A stretch of DNA of 64,000 bases from Mycobacterium sp. Lineage in GTDB: Bacteria > Actinomycetota > Actinomycetes > Mycobacteriales > Mycobacteriaceae. Positions 1 through 12,948 of this stretch are shown piece after piece; the stretch's first letter is position 1; every line of letters starts with the position of its first letter. A program made the translations under genes and the position numbers. The stretch lies in assembly GCA_051006775.1 (NCBI GenBank), contig JBPCSX010000148.1; one strand, written 5' to 3'. The notes beneath the pieces were generated by a model. It made no database searches. It saw only the letters and a list, made by a program, of their open reading frames with translations, and was not told the DNA's origin.

Positions 1-1
1 C

Positions 2-547
2 GAACCCGGTGTGCGGACTGGGATTCCGCTGTTGGTCGACAACCCCAAGGAGGTCGGAGCGGACCGGATCGTCAACTGCCTGGCTGCCTACGCGAAGTTC
101 CAGACCGCTGCGATCGTGGTCGACTTCGGCTCCTCCATCTGCGTGGACGTGGTCTCGGCCAAGGGTGAGTTCCTCGGCGGTGCGATCGCACCGGGCGTAC
201 AGGTGTCCTCCGATGCAGCGGCCGCGCGCTCGGCCGCACTGCGGCGGGTCGAACTGACGCGGCCCCGCTCGGTCATCGGGAAAAACACCGTCGAGTGCAT
301 GCAGTCCGGCGCGGTCTTCGGCTTCGCCGGCCTGGTGGACGGCCTGGTGTCGCGGATCCGAGCCGACGTCGACGGGTTCGCCGGCGATGACGTCACGGTG
401 GTCGCAACCGGCCACACCGCACCCCTGCTACTCCCCGATCTCACCGGTGTCCACCACTACGACAAGCACCTCACCCTCGACGGGCTGCGGCTGGTCTACG
501 AGCGCAATCGGGACGGTCAGCGCGGCCGCCTCAAGCCCGCTCGCTGA
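2..547 (+). CDS. coaX: Type III pantothenate kinase, 5'-truncated by window edge
   Basis: Motifs [26 protein letters not shown]. Upstream of lysS as in the Rv3600c region. Confidence 0.93.
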   Translation, partial: EPGVRTGIPLLVDNPKEVGADRIVNCLAAYAKFQTAAIVVDFGSSICVDVVSAKGEFLGGAIAPGVQVSSDAAAARSAALRRVELTRPRSVIGKNTVECMQSGAVFGFAGLVDGLVSRIRADVDGFAGDDVTVVATGHTAPLLLPDLTGVHHYDKHLTLDGLRLVYERNRDGQRGRLKPAR

Positions 548-556
548 GCCGCCGTT

Positions 557-562
557 TAAGCT
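557..562 (+). promoter_or_regulatory. Putative SigA -10 (TAAGCT) 8 nt before lysS GTG, leaderless layout
   Basis: TANNNT hexamer at leaderless spacing from GTG 571. Confidence 0.5.
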
Positions 563-570
563 GGCACGCC

Positions 571-2109
571 GTGAGTGATGCGGACCGACCGGACACCGGT
601 CAACGGGAGATCGACCCTGACGGTGCCGACCTGCCCGAGCAGTTCCGCATCCGGCAGGCCAAGCGCGAGCGACTCCTCGAGGAAGGCCACCAGCCGTACC
701 CGGTGACCGTGGCGCGCACCCACTCCCTGGCCGACATCCGCACCGCACATCATGACCTGCCTGCCGATACCAGCACCGGCGAGATCGTCGGCGTCACCGG
801 ACGGGTGGTTTTCGCCCGCAACTCCGGCAAGCTCTGCTTCGCCACCCTGCAGGAGGGCGACGGCTCCCAGTTGCAGGCCATGATCAGCCTGGCCGGCGTC
901 GGGCAGGAATCGCTGGACGCCTGGAAATCCGCCGTGGACCTCGGTGACATCGTCTTCGTGCGCGGAGAGGTGATCAGCTCCCGGCGTGGCGAGCTGTCCG
1001 TACTGGCCGACTCCTGGCAGATGGCGGCCAAGGCCCTGCGACCCCTGCCGGTGGCGCACAAGGAGATGAACGAGGAATCCCGGGTCCGCCAGCGCTACGT
1101 CGACCTGATCGTGCGGCCGCAGGCACGCGCGGTTGCCCGCCAGCGGATCGCCGTCGTGCGCGCGGTGCGCAACGGACTGGAACGGCGTGGGTTTCTCGAG
1201 GTCGAGACCCCGATGCTGCAGACCCTCGCCGGCGGGGCTGCTGCGCGGCCGTTTGTGACGCATTCCAACGCCCTCGATGCCGACCTTTACCTGCGGATCG
1301 CCCCCGAATTATTTCTCAAGCGCTGTGTTGTCGGCGGACTGGAGAAGGTTTTCGAGCTCAATCGCAATTTCCGTAACGAAGGCGCCGATTCAACACACTC
1401 CCCCGAATTCGCAATGCTCGAGACCTATCAGGCCTGGGGAACTTATGACGATTCGGCGCTGATGATCCGCGAACTCGTCCAGGAGGTGGCCGATGAAGCC
1501 ATCGGCACCCGGCAGGTTCCATTGGCGGACGGCACCGTTTATGACCTCGACGGCCAATGGCAGTCCCTGCAAATGTATCCCTCGCTGTCGGAGGCGCTCG
1601 GCGAGGAGATCACCCCGGAAACTCCGCTGGAGTATTTACTCGCCACTGCCGACCGTCTCGAACTGGAGATTCCCAGAGACCGCGGATACGGCCACGGGAA
1701 ACTGATCGAAGAACTCTGGGAGCACACGGTCGGCGACGCATTGTCCGCTCCGACCTTCGTGAAGGATTTCCCGGTCGAGACGACTCCGTTGACCCGCGAG
1801 CACCGCAGCATTCCCGGTGTGACCGAAAAATGGGACCTTTACGTTCGCGGTTTCGAGTTGGCCACCGGATATTCCGAGCTCGTCGATCCGATCATCCAGC
1901 GGGAGCGGTTCGAGGCCCAGGCCCGCGCCGCCGCCGCCGGAGACGACGAGGCAATGGCACTTGACGAGGACTTTCTGGCCGCAATGGAATACGGAATGCC
2001 GCCGACAACGGGAACCGGAATGGGACTGGACCGGTTACTCATGGCCCTGACGGGCCTGTCGATTCGCGAGACGGTTTTGTTCCCAATTGTTAAGCGCTCC
2101 GTGAACTGA
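571..2109 (+). CDS. lysS: Lysyl-tRNA synthetase (class II)
   Basis: OB-fold GKLCFATL, motif 2 FRNEG..HSPEF, motif 3 GMGLDRL. Confidence 0.98.
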   Translation: MSDADRPDTGQREIDPDGADLPEQFRIRQAKRERLLEEGHQPYPVTVARTHSLADIRTAHHDLPADTSTGEIVGVTGRVVFARNSGKLCFATLQEGDGSQLQAMISLAGVGQESLDAWKSAVDLGDIVFVRGEVISSRRGELSVLADSWQMAAKALRPLPVAHKEMNEESRVRQRYVDLIVRPQARAVARQRIAVVRAVRNGLERRGFLEVETPMLQTLAGGAAARPFVTHSNALDADLYLRIAPELFLKRCVVGGLEKVFELNRNFRNEGADSTHSPEFAMLETYQAWGTYDDSALMIRELVQEVADEAIGTRQVPLADGTVYDLDGQWQSLQMYPSLSEALGEEITPETPLEYLLATADRLELEIPRDRGYGHGKLIEELWEHTVGDALSAPTFVKDFPVETTPLTREHRSIPGVTEKWDLYVRGFELATGYSELVDPIIQRERFEAQARAAAAGDDEAMALDEDFLAAMEYGMPPTTGTGMGLDRLLMALTGLSIRETVLFPIVKRSVN

Positions 2110-2212
2110 ACTGCGCAGATTCCATTGACGTTGTAATTTCAGCATCGGTTATGGCACATTAGTTGAAGTAGAAATTGTGCCGTTAGGCGCTAACCGGACA
2201 AACCGAGGAATC

Positions 2213-2557
2213 ATGGCCAAAAAAGTAACCGTCACACTCGTCGACGATTTCGACGGTGAGGGACCCGCCGACGAAACTGTCGAATTCTCGATTGACGGTG
2301 TCAGTTACGAGATCGACCTTTCGGCCCGGAACGCCAAAAAAATCCGTGAGGATTTTAAGCAGTGGATCGACGCCGGTCGCCGGGTCGGCGGTCGTCGCCG
2401 CGGCCGTCCGGGTGGTTCGCCGGGCCGCGGACGGGCCTCGATCGACCGGGAACAGAGCGCGGCCATCCGGGAATGGGCCCGACGCAACGGCCACAAGGTG
2501 TCCACCCGCGGTCGTATTCCGGCCGAGATCATCGAGGCATTCCACGCCGCCGGCTGA
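2213..2557 (+). CDS. lsr2: Nucleoid-associated protein Lsr2
   Basis: [12 protein letters not shown] start, YEIDLS, RGRIP AT-hook. ATG 2213 follows RBS GAGGA. Confidence 0.98.
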   Translation: MAKKVTVTLVDDFDGEGPADETVEFSIDGVSYEIDLSARNAKKIREDFKQWIDAGRRVGGRRRGRPGGSPGRGRASIDREQSAAIREWARRNGHKVSTRGRIPAEIIEAFHAAG

Positions 2558-2577
2558 TCTGCGGCTCCCGGCGCGGT

Positions 2578-2592
2578 TTCGCTCCACGCGAA
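2578..2592. promoter_or_regulatory. Putative ClgR operator TTCGC-N5-GCGAA upstream of clpC1
   Basis: Palindrome TTCGCTCCACGCGAA matches the actinobacterial ClgR motif (CGC-N5-GCG). Confidence 0.6.
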
Positions 2593-2607
2593 GTTGCTGG
2601 TCGGCCG

Positions 2608-2634
2608 GGAAATGTTTTCGCCTCGTCGGCGTTG
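2608..2634 (+). promoter_or_regulatory. Putative ECF (SigH/SigE-type) promoter of clpC1
   Basis: GGAAA-N18-GTTG. Confidence 0.55.
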
Positions 2635-2769
2635 GACTGCTGTATCCACCCCGTGGGGACGGGTACCTGAGCAGGGGAGAACACTCCCCCGCTCCCGCCC
2701 CACTAGAGTGGGCTAACAGGTGCGCGCTGCCCATCGCGGCACCCAGGTGACGGAAGCAGGTAACCACCG

Positions 2770-5289
<2,520 letters not shown>

Positions 5290-5302
5290 CACGAAAACGG
5301 TT

Positions 5303-5340
5303 GCGGGCGGTCACTTTCGGGTGGCCGCCCGCTTTCGTTT
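5303..5340. terminator. Intrinsic terminator hairpin between convergent clpC1 and lpqF
   Basis: GCGGGCGGTCAC-tttcgg-GTGGCCGCCCGC followed by TTTCGTTT. A-rich on the other side. Confidence 0.85.
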
Positions 5341-5353
5341 CTAGCGTCGGCGA

Positions 5354-6715
5354 TCAGCGATAGTTCGGCAGGAGTCCGAAAACCTGCTTGATGATGGTCA
5401 TGACCCATCCGCCGGCGCTCGGGCTGTGATAGCGCGGCCAGTTCAGTTGGAAGCTGACCACCCATGCCTGACCGGTGCGGTCCACGGCATACCAGCTGAA
5501 GGTCAGGTCACCGGGCAGGTTGCCCGCCTTGGCGCCGATGTAGGGCCACTCGGTGCGGTCTAGATCGATACCGGGGATCTCGGACATGATGGCCCTTACC
5601 GGCGCTGCCGGGCCGACGGCATTGTGCTGAAGGGCCGCGTGGACCCGGCAGATGTCCTCCGCGCTGCCGTACCACTCGGTGCCGTAGGCCGAACCGGGGG
5701 AGTGGGTGCGCTGCGGATCGGGTTCGTAGGGACGCACACTGGCTTCCTGCAATAGGGCGACGCGAGTCGCCGGGTCGGCGGTCTTCCATTGGGTGCGCAG
5801 GTCCGGGTTACCCCAACCGAGAGAGAAGATCTCCCGCATGGTGGGAAACGGCGTCATGCTCGCCGGATCGTGATGGCCGGCGGCGACAAGCGCCTGCTCG
5901 ACGGCGCGGGTGCCGACCCGGTCGATCAGCAGATCAGTGGCCATGTTGTCACTGGTGGCGATCATCTTGCCGGCCGCCTGACGCACGGTGATGCGCGATC
6001 CCGGCGGCAGCTTGTCGAATCCGGAGGAGCCCAGTTTCTTGGCCTCGCTGGTGATCGTCAACAGGTCGTCCCAGCGCACCGTCCCCGCGAGGACAGCCCG
6101 TTCAACGGCGAACAGAACGTAGGTCTTGAATATCGACGCTAACGGCAAAGACTCGGAAGTGTTTGTGCCCGCGATCTTTTCGCAACGACCGCCGTTCACC
6201 TTCGACACCATGTAGGAGTATCTGGCGCCGGTCTTGCCGAGCGCGGTGTCGACATCCTGCCACGAATTGATCTTGGGTTTCTGGGTGGTGACCACCAGCC
6301 GACTGACCCAGGTCTGGTCGTTAGTACGTAGGTCGATGTCCTGGCGGGCCCCGAACGAGCTGACCACATGAAGCCGTGCCCAGCCGGCGCCGACCTCGGA
6401 CCCGGTGAGCGTGTAGGGCCGGTCCCACCACAGTGAATCCATGGTCGTGGTGATCGGCTCGATCATGTCCGGAGCGGCCAGCGTGGCGATGCTCTGCGTT
6501 CCGATCGGCCATTCCGAGTTCAGCATGTCCATCACCTGCTGAGCACGCACGCCCTGCGGGGTGTTGGTTTCGATTCGCACGCCGGAGTTCGCAGCCGGGG
6601 CGCTGGGCTGAGCGCAGCTGGTCGTGAGGCTGATCGCTGAGGCGACTGCGATCGCGAGAGTCACCGTGCGGCGGAACCGCCCGGGGGAGTTATCCCTCGG
6701 AGTTGGAGCGGGCAA
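5354..6715 (-). CDS. lpqF: Serine hydrolase (beta-lactamase-like) lipoprotein LpqF; start uncertain (TTG 6715 or GTG 6664)
   Basis: Signal peptide ending TSC, SIFK (SxxK), SDN, KAG motifs. Syntenic with Rv3593. Confidence 0.85.
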   Translation of the reverse strand: MPAPTPRDNSPGRFRRTVTLAIAVASAISLTTSCAQPSAPAANSGVRIETNTPQGVRAQQVMDMLNSEWPIGTQSIATLAAPDMIEPITTTMDSLWWDRPYTLTGSEVGAGWARLHVVSSFGARQDIDLRTNDQTWVSRLVVTTQKPKINSWQDVDTALGKTGARYSYMVSKVNGGRCEKIAGTNTSESLPLASIFKTYVLFAVERAVLAGTVRWDDLLTITSEAKKLGSSGFDKLPPGSRITVRQAAGKMIATSDNMATDLLIDRVGTRAVEQALVAAGHHDPASMTPFPTMREIFSLGWGNPDLRTQWKTADPATRVALLQEASVRPYEPDPQRTHSPGSAYGTEWYGSAEDICRVHAALQHNAVGPAAPVRAIMSEIPGIDLDRTEWPYIGAKAGNLPGDLTFSWYAVDRTGQAWVVSFQLNWPRYHSPSAGGWVMTIIKQVFGLLPNYR

Positions 6716-7007
6716 CGTCGAGCACGACCTCGAACTCGAGCAGCTGGGAGCCGGTGGACACCGGGTTGGCGCGCTCACCGGCGTGGGCTGCGATGGCAGG
6801 TCCGCTCGCCCAGGCCTGGAAAGCCTCCTCGGACTCCCATTGCGTCACCACGAAGTAGCGGTTGTCACCCTTGACCGGCCGCAGCAGCTGGAACCCCAGG
6901 AACCCGGGCTGGTTATCAACCGCGTGGGCCCGGTTGCCGAACCGTTTCTCCAGCTCGGGGCCCGCACCGGGAGGTACCTCGATTGCGTTGATCTTCACCA
7001 CGGTCAT
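6690..7007 (-). CDS. mhuD: Mycobilin-forming heme oxygenase MhuD
   Basis: VVKINAIEVP, AFQAW, AAHAG. Leaderless -10 TAACCT at 7014-7019. Confidence 0.95.
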   Translation of the reverse strand: MTVVKINAIEVPPGAGPELEKRFGNRAHAVDNQPGFLGFQLLRPVKGDNRYFVVTQWESEEAFQAWASGPAIAAHAGERANPVSTGSQLLEFEVVLDVARSNSEG

Positions 7008-7035
7008 GGGGTCAGGTTACCGGCAAGATGGAGCG

Positions 7036-7797
7036 GTGAACTCCGTACCGCTGAGCTACCGCGGCGGGACAGGTCGCCCGATGGTCTTGGTGCACGGGCT
7101 GATGGGCCGCGGCAGCACCTGGTCGCGCCAGGTGCCCTGGCTGACCCGATTCGGGGCTGTCCACACCTACGACGCACCGGGGCACCGGGGTCGCGATGAC
7201 GACCCGGGGGAGATCAGCACCGAACGGTTCGTCGATGAGCTCGGCGACGCGTTGGAGACACTGGGACAACCGGCGGTGCTGATCGGCCACTCGATGGGGG
7301 CGTTGCACTCCTGGTGCCTGGCGGCCCAGCGTCCCGAACTGGTTTCGGCACTGGTGGTCGAGGACATGGCCCCGGACTTCGTCGGCCGGACAGTCGGGGC
7401 CTGGGAGCCCTGGCTGCATGCGCTGCCGGTCGAATTCGACTCTGCCGCAGCAGTTGTCGCTGAGTTCGGACCTGTTGCGGGCCGGTACTTCCTGGAGTCA
7501 TTCGACCGCACCGAAACCGGGTGGCGCCTGCACGGCAGACCCGAGCACTGGATCGCGATCGCGGGGGAGTGGGGCACTCGGGACTACTGGACACAGTGGC
7601 GGTCGGTGCAAGCACCGGTGCTGCTGATCGAGGCAGGGGATACCGTCGTGCCCCCGGGACAGATGGTGCGGATGCGCGAGTCAGCCGGCGGACCTGCAAC
7701 TTATTTTCGGGTGGACGGCGCCGGACATCTGATCCACGACGACGCCCCGGAGCGCTACCGCGAGATTGTCGAAGCATTCCTCGCCGGCCTGCCCTAG
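7036..7797 (+). CDS. Alpha/beta hydrolase (Rv3591c-like)
   Basis: HGLMG oxyanion loop, GHSMG nucleophile elbow, GAGH. Confidence 0.9.
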   Translation: MNSVPLSYRGGTGRPMVLVHGLMGRGSTWSRQVPWLTRFGAVHTYDAPGHRGRDDDPGEISTERFVDELGDALETLGQPAVLIGHSMGALHSWCLAAQRPELVSALVVEDMAPDFVGRTVGAWEPWLHALPVEFDSAAAVVAEFGPVAGRYFLESFDRTETGWRLHGRPEHWIAIAGEWGTRDYWTQWRSVQAPVLLIEAGDTVVPPGQMVRMRESAGGPATYFRVDGAGHLIHDDAPERYREIVEAFLAGLP

Positions 7798-7816
7798 CAC
7801 CGTCCACGGGATGGTG

Positions 7817-7892
7817 GCCCGCATCGTCGCCTTCGCCACCCAACCACTCGGCTCCTCCCCGGGCGCTACACGCCCGCATCGTCGCCTTCGCC
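7817..7892. repeat. 21-bp exact direct repeat at 55-bp period, MIRU-like
   Basis: GCCCGCATCGTCGCCTTCGCC at 7817-7837 and 7872-7892. Confidence 0.85.
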
Positions 7893-8753
7893 CGCCAGCG
7901 CGAACCGGCCGTCGGCCGTCTGCTCCACCAGTCCGTCGACCAGCAGTGAGTCCAGCGCTCGGTCGCGCTGGGCCGTGTCGCTCAGCCAGACCACGTCTAG
8001 CTCTGCCCGCTGCACCGGACCGGTGCCTGCTCGCAGCACATCGAGCAGCCGTCCGCGCACCTGGCGGTCGGTACCGGCGTAGGTCTGGGCGGGCTTACGG
8101 GGTCCTTCACCGGGCGGATAGCCGGCGGACCGCCAGGCGCACACGGTCAGCGGGCACACCCCGCACCTGGGAGTTCGCGCCGTACACACAGTCGCGCCCA
8201 GCTCCATCAGCGCAGCCGAAAAAACCGCCGCCACTTGACCTTCCGGCAGCAAGGCGGCGACGTCGGCGTGGTCGCGCACCGCCGACGGCGACCCCGCGTC
8301 GGCCCGGCCGTGCAGGGCGCGGGCGACCACGCGCCGAACGTTGATATCCACCACCGGGACGCGCTTTCCATAGGCGAAACAGGCCACCGCCCGCGCGGTG
8401 TACTCGCCAACGCCGGGGAGGGTCAGCAGTGTCTCGACATCGTCAGGCACTAGGTCACCGTGGTCGGCGGCGATCACCGTGGCACATTCGTGCAGGCGTT
8501 TGGCCCGGCGCGGATACCCGAGCTTGCCCCAGGCCCGCAGCAACTCCGCGGCCCCGGCGTCAGCGGTCACCGATGGGGTCGGCCACCGCGTGACCCAGTC
8601 CACCCAGATCGGCGCCACTCGGGCAACCGGGGTCTGCTGAAGCATGAATTCGCTGACCAGAATCTGCCAGGCGGTCACCCCGGGCGCGCGCCAGGGTAGA
8701 TGACGTCGAGCCTTGCCGTACCAGTCGACGAGTTCGGCCGTCGGGATGCTCAT
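7866..8753 (-). CDS. mutY: A/G-specific adenine glycosylase MutY
   Basis: ILVSEFMLQQT, LPGVGEYTA HhH motif, C-X6-C-X2-C-X4-C Fe-S loop. Confidence 0.96.
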   Translation of the reverse strand: MSIPTAELVDWYGKARRHLPWRAPGVTAWQILVSEFMLQQTPVARVAPIWVDWVTRWPTPSVTADAGAAELLRAWGKLGYPRRAKRLHECATVIAADHGDLVPDDVETLLTLPGVGEYTARAVACFAYGKRVPVVDINVRRVVARALHGRADAGSPSAVRDHADVAALLPEGQVAAVFSAALMELGATVCTARTPRCGVCPLTVCAWRSAGYPPGEGPRKPAQTYAGTDRQVRGRLLDVLRAGTGPVQRAELDVVWLSDTAQRDRALDSLLVDGLVEQTADGRFALAGEGDDAGV

Positions 8754-8790
8754 GACCGAGGAACTCCGGCGGGCGTGCACAATACGGAGC

Positions 8791-9465
8791 ATGTCGAGGA
8801 CCAGTCCTGCAGCAGCGTGGAAGGCACTCAAGGAGGGTAACGAGCGATTCGTCGCCGGCCGCCCTGAGCATCCCAGCCAGAGCATCGAGCATCGGGCCGG
8901 GCTGGCCATCGCCCAGCGCCCGACCGCGGTGGTGTTCGGTTGTGCCGACAGCCGGGTGGCCGCCGAGATCATTTTCGACCAGGGGCTGGGCGATATGTTC
9001 GTCGTGCGCACCGCCGGTCACACCCTCGACTCCGCGGTACTGGGCTCCATCGAGTATGCGGTCACCGCGCTGCAAGTTCCCCTGGTCGTGGTTCTAGGCC
9101 ACGACAGCTGCGGGGCAGTGCAGGCCACTCTCGACGCACTGGACCAGGGCCAGGTGCCGGGTGGGTTCGTCCGCGACGTGGTGGAGCGCGTCATGCCGTC
9201 CGTCATCCTTGGCCGGCTCGAGGGCCTGACCCGGGTCGACGAGTTCGAAGCGCGCCATGTCATCGAGACCGGCTCCCAATTGCTGAGCCGCTCGACGGCG
9301 ATCAGCAACCAAGTCGACGGCGGTGAACTGGCGATCGTCGGGATCACCTACCGGTTGGCCGATGGTCAGATCAGGCTTCGCGAACACCTCGGTGACATCG
9401 GGGAGGATCCCGACGAAAACCCCGACGAATGGGGTAGCGACCACCACGCGGCCGACGCCGGGTAG
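8791..9465 (+). CDS. canB: Beta-class carbonic anhydrase (Rv3588c), short acidic C-terminal tail
   Basis: GCADSR and GHDSCGAV zinc motifs. Confidence 0.95.
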   Translation: MSRTSPAAAWKALKEGNERFVAGRPEHPSQSIEHRAGLAIAQRPTAVVFGCADSRVAAEIIFDQGLGDMFVVRTAGHTLDSAVLGSIEYAVTALQVPLVVVLGHDSCGAVQATLDALDQGQVPGGFVRDVVERVMPSVILGRLEGLTRVDEFEARHVIETGSQLLSRSTAISNQVDGGELAIVGITYRLADGQIRLREHLGDIGEDPDENPDEWGSDHHAADAG

Positions 9466-9543
9466 TCCGGCCTGTCGCAGCATCGGGGCGACACGCCGAC
9501 TCGGGTCGAACGGCTGGCAGTGACCTGGGCTTACGGTGAGAAC

Positions 9544-10308
9544 GTGCTGGATCTTGAACCGCAGGGACCGCTGCCGCCGCAGATCTATTGGCGCCGCAGA
9601 GCTCTGGCGTTGGGCATCGCGCTCCTGGTGATCGCCCTTCTGGTCGGCGGCGCGATCGCACTGTTCGGCGGATCGGGTTCCAAGAACACCGCCAAGACGG
9701 AGACCTCACAGACTCCTCAGCCGCAGAACAAGACTCCCGTTGTTCCGCCTGCGGAATCCAGCCCGGAGCCGACGCCGACTCCGACCGCGGCGGTGGAACC
9801 GCCGCCGGTGCTGCAGCCCGGTGATGACTGCCCGGATTCCACGCTCGCGGTGAAGGGCGTCACCAACGCACCCCAGTACGTGATCGGCGATCAGCCGAAG
9901 ATCACCATGATCGTCACCAATATCGGCCTCGTCGCCTGCAAGCGTGATGTGGGCGCCGCGGTGCTCGCCGCCTACGTCTACTCCCTGGACAACAATCGAC
10001 TGTGGTCCAACCTTGACTGTGCGCCCTCCAATGAGACTCTGGTAAAGACTTTCAATCCCGGAGAGCAGGTGACCACCGAGGTGACCTGGACGGGTATGGG
10101 TTCGGCGCCACAGTGCCCGCTGCCTCGCGAGCCGATCGGTACCGGCACCTATAACTTGGTCGTGCAACTCGGCAATCTGCGCTCTGCCGCAGTGCCTTTC
10201 GCGCTCGCCGACGCGCCGCCACCCGCTCCTGACGTACCCGCTGAAGGCGTACCAGCACAGGCACCCGTGGGTGACCAGCCGGTGCCTGCACCTGCACCGG
10301 GCGGCTAA
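9544..10308 (+). CDS. Conserved membrane-anchored Pro-rich protein (Rv3587c-like)
   Basis: LDLEPQGPLP..IYWRRR start, one TM helix, Cys-containing exported domain. Confidence 0.85.
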   Translation: MLDLEPQGPLPPQIYWRRRALALGIALLVIALLVGGAIALFGGSGSKNTAKTETSQTPQPQNKTPVVPPAESSPEPTPTPTAAVEPPPVLQPGDDCPDSTLAVKGVTNAPQYVIGDQPKITMIVTNIGLVACKRDVGAAVLAAYVYSLDNNRLWSNLDCAPSNETLVKTFNPGEQVTTEVTWTGMGSAPQCPLPREPIGTGTYNLVVQLGNLRSAAVPFALADAPPPAPDVPAEGVPAQAPVGDQPVPAPAPGG

Positions 10309-10312
10309 CCCG

Positions 10313-11422
10313 TCACAGCAGCCGGTCGGCGATCGTCGATTCAGCAAGCTGCGACAGACCTTCACGGACGTGCCGCGCCCACATTGCGCCGATACCGTCT
10401 ACCGACTGTAGGTCGGCGGCGCTGGCAGCCAGCAATCCCTGCAGCGAGCCGAACCGGTGGACCAGCAGATCGACGTGAGCGAACTGCAAGCGCGGTATTC
10501 CGGCCATGGCGCGGTATCCCCGTGAGCTGAGCGCGGAATCCTGCGCCTCCGCTGTCGACGGATAACCGAAAACCCTTGACAGCGCCGGCAAGTCAAGCAG
10601 TTCAGTATCCGAGAGTGCATCGAGCTCGGTCAGGGTTGCTGAGATCTGCGCCCTCGAGGGTGGGTCGGGATTCGCGTGGTAGTCGCGCACTATCAGCTCA
10701 CGGGCAATATCGTTTCCGCCGAGCAACTCCTCGAGCTGCAGCCGCAACTGTCGGCCGTCAGAACCCAATTCCAATGCGTCATAGTCGATTTCGATACCAA
10801 TCCGTCGAACCATTTCCAGCCGCTGGACCACGGTCATGACATCTCGCAAGGTGACGAAGTCCTCGATTTCCGCGGTGGACAACTGGCGCGAAACCTCGTC
10901 AAGCCGGGTCTTATAGCGCTCCAGCGTCGCGACGGCCTGATTGGCGCGGGAAAGGATGGTCGCCGAGTCTGCCACGACGTGCCGTTCGCCGCCGACGTAG
11001 ACGGTGACCAGGTTCATCGACTGGCTCACCGATATCACCGGACACCCGGTCTGGATGGCGGCGCGCTCCGCTGAGCGATGCCGGGTTCCGGACTCGTCGG
11101 TGGAAATCGTCGGATCAGGCACCAGTTGGACATTGGCCCGCACGATCCGGCTGCCATCCGACGAGAGCACGACCGCACCGTCCATCTTCGAGAGCTCGCG
11201 CAACCGGGTCGGCGCGAAACTCACGTCCAGGGCGAAGCCACCGTCGCAGATCGCTTCGACGCGCTCGTCGTCCCCCAGAACGATCAGCGCGCCGGTTCTG
11301 CCCCGCAGGATGCGTTCAAGTCCGTCGCGCAGCGAAGTCCCGGGCGCCAGCCGGGCGATCGCGTCACGCAGCGGGGTATCGGACTGCGGTGCCGAGCCGT
11401 TCGAACGGTTCACGGTGCTCAC
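10313..11422 (-). CDS. disA: DNA integrity scanning diadenylate cyclase DisA
   Basis: DGA and GTRHR DAC motifs, C-terminal HhH. Stop/start overlap with radA. Confidence 0.97.
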   Translation of the reverse strand: MSTVNRSNGSAPQSDTPLRDAIARLAPGTSLRDGLERILRGRTGALIVLGDDERVEAICDGGFALDVSFAPTRLRELSKMDGAVVLSSDGSRIVRANVQLVPDPTISTDESGTRHRSAERAAIQTGCPVISVSQSMNLVTVYVGGERHVVADSATILSRANQAVATLERYKTRLDEVSRQLSTAEIEDFVTLRDVMTVVQRLEMVRRIGIEIDYDALELGSDGRQLRLQLEELLGGNDIARELIVRDYHANPDPPSRAQISATLTELDALSDTELLDLPALSRVFGYPSTAEAQDSALSSRGYRAMAGIPRLQFAHVDLLVHRFGSLQGLLAASAADLQSVDGIGAMWARHVREGLSQLAESTIADRLL

Positions 11423-12870
11423 AGGACGTCATTGTCCCCCCAATCCGATTCGCCGTCGGCACGGCGCCCGCGGGCGGGTGGCGGCACAACCCGCAGCTTG
11501 GATTCGGTGAGGTCGACCATCATGCGCAAAGCGGCTCCGATCGTGGCTGCCTCCAGGGTCCGCAGACCCTTGGGCGGTGGACCGGAGCCCGCGGGCACCA
11601 GTGCCGTGGTGAAGCCCAGGCGGGCTGCCTCGGCAAGCCTGCGGTCCATTCCGGTCACCCGGCGCAGATCCCCCGCCAGGCCCACCTCACCGACCACCAC
11701 CAGGGTGGCCGGCAATGCACTCCCGATGAATGCCGATGCCAGCGCCATTGCCACCGCGAGATCGCAGGACGGGTCCGTCAGACGCATTCCGCCGACGGTC
11801 GACAGGAAAACATCCATCGCACCGATCGGGACGCCGGCGCGGTTCTCCAGAACCGCGTTGATCATCGCGACGCGCGACTGGTCGATGCCGCTGACCGCGG
11901 CGCGCCGGGGTGCAGCCGGGTTGGCAGGCTTGGCGAGCAAGGCCTGGATCTCCCCGATCAACGGCCGCTGACCGTCCAGCGTTACCGTGACGGCGGTGCC
12001 GGCAACAGGTTCGGGGCGTTCGTCCAGGAACAGCCCTGACGGGTCCGAGACACACTGGATACCGTTGTCCTGCAACATGAAACAGCCGACTTCGTCAGCC
12101 GCCCCAAATCTGTTCTTAACCCCGCGGACCATCCGGATAGCGGTGCTGCGGTCGCCCTCGAAGTGCAGCACAACATCGACCATGTGCTCAAGGGACCGGG
12201 GACCGGCGATTGCCCCGTCCTTGGTGACGTGGCCGACCAGAACTATCGCCACACCGCTGGACTTGGCGGCAGCGGTCAGCGCGGCGGTGACGGCTCGCAC
12301 CTGGGTCACTCCGCCCACTACGCCGTCGACGTCCGCAGCGGTCATGGTCTGCACTGAGTCGACGATCACAAGACTGGGGCTGACTTCGTCGATATGGCCC
12401 AGGACGGTGGCCACATCGGATTCCGCGGTCAGATACACCTCGTCGTGATTGCAACCGGTCCGACCGGCGCGCATGCGAATCTGGCCGGCCGACTCTTCTC
12501 CCGATACGTACAGGGCGCGGCGACCCGACAATGCCCACTGGTTGGCGACCTCGAGCAGCAGGGTGGACTTACCAACACCGGGATCCCCGGCGAGCAGGGT
12601 GACCGAGCCCGGCACCACGCCACCGCCGAGGACCCGGTCGAGTTCACTGACTCCGGTGGGGAAGTGCCGGGTGTGCTCGGGATCGATCGAACTGATCGGA
12701 ACGGCAGGCGAAGACGGTGCGACGGCGCGTTGCTGGGCGCCGCCCACCGAGGCCGATGCTGTTATCTCCTCGACGGTGCCCCAGGTGCCGCACTCCGAGC
12801 ATCGCCCGAGCCACTTTCCGGTGACGTGCCGGCACTCCGAGCATCGGAACTGCGAACGCGCCTTGACCAC
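11419..12870 (-). CDS. radA: DNA repair protein RadA/Sms
   Basis: C4 zinc finger, [13 protein letters not shown] motif. Confidence 0.98.
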   Translation of the reverse strand: MVKARSQFRCSECRHVTGKWLGRCSECGTWGTVEEITASASVGGAQQRAVAPSSPAVPISSIDPEHTRHFPTGVSELDRVLGGGVVPGSVTLLAGDPGVGKSTLLLEVANQWALSGRRALYVSGEESAGQIRMRAGRTGCNHDEVYLTAESDVATVLGHIDEVSPSLVIVDSVQTMTAADVDGVVGGVTQVRAVTAALTAAAKSSGVAIVLVGHVTKDGAIAGPRSLEHMVDVVLHFEGDRSTAIRMVRGVKNRFGAADEVGCFMLQDNGIQCVSDPSGLFLDERPEPVAGTAVTVTLDGQRPLIGEIQALLAKPANPAAPRRAAVSGIDQSRVAMINAVLENRAGVPIGAMDVFLSTVGGMRLTDPSCDLAVAMALASAFIGSALPATLVVVGEVGLAGDLRRVTGMDRRLAEAARLGFTTALVPAGSGPPPKGLRTLEAATIGAALRMMVDLTESKLRVVPPPARGRRADGESDWGDNDVL

Positions 12871-12877
12871 GCCGCCG

Positions 12878-12899
12878 ACGCTAGCCGGTGGGTGCGACA
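12878..12899 (-). promoter_or_regulatory. PafBC-type (RecA-independent) DNA-damage promoter of radA, leaderless
   Basis: Minus strand TGTCGC-N10-TAGCGT-N7-GTG. Known consensus is TGTCGG-N10-TANNNT. Confidence 0.7.
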
Positions 12900-12948
12900 G
12901 TTTCGCGCATCCAGCATCGCCGTGTGTCAGGCGGGTGGATGTTTTCTG

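Noticed and set aside
8338-8352. MutY reads VVDINV where VVDTNV is recalled
   Set aside because: The catalytic Asp is retained, and a single substitution cannot be judged without an alignment.
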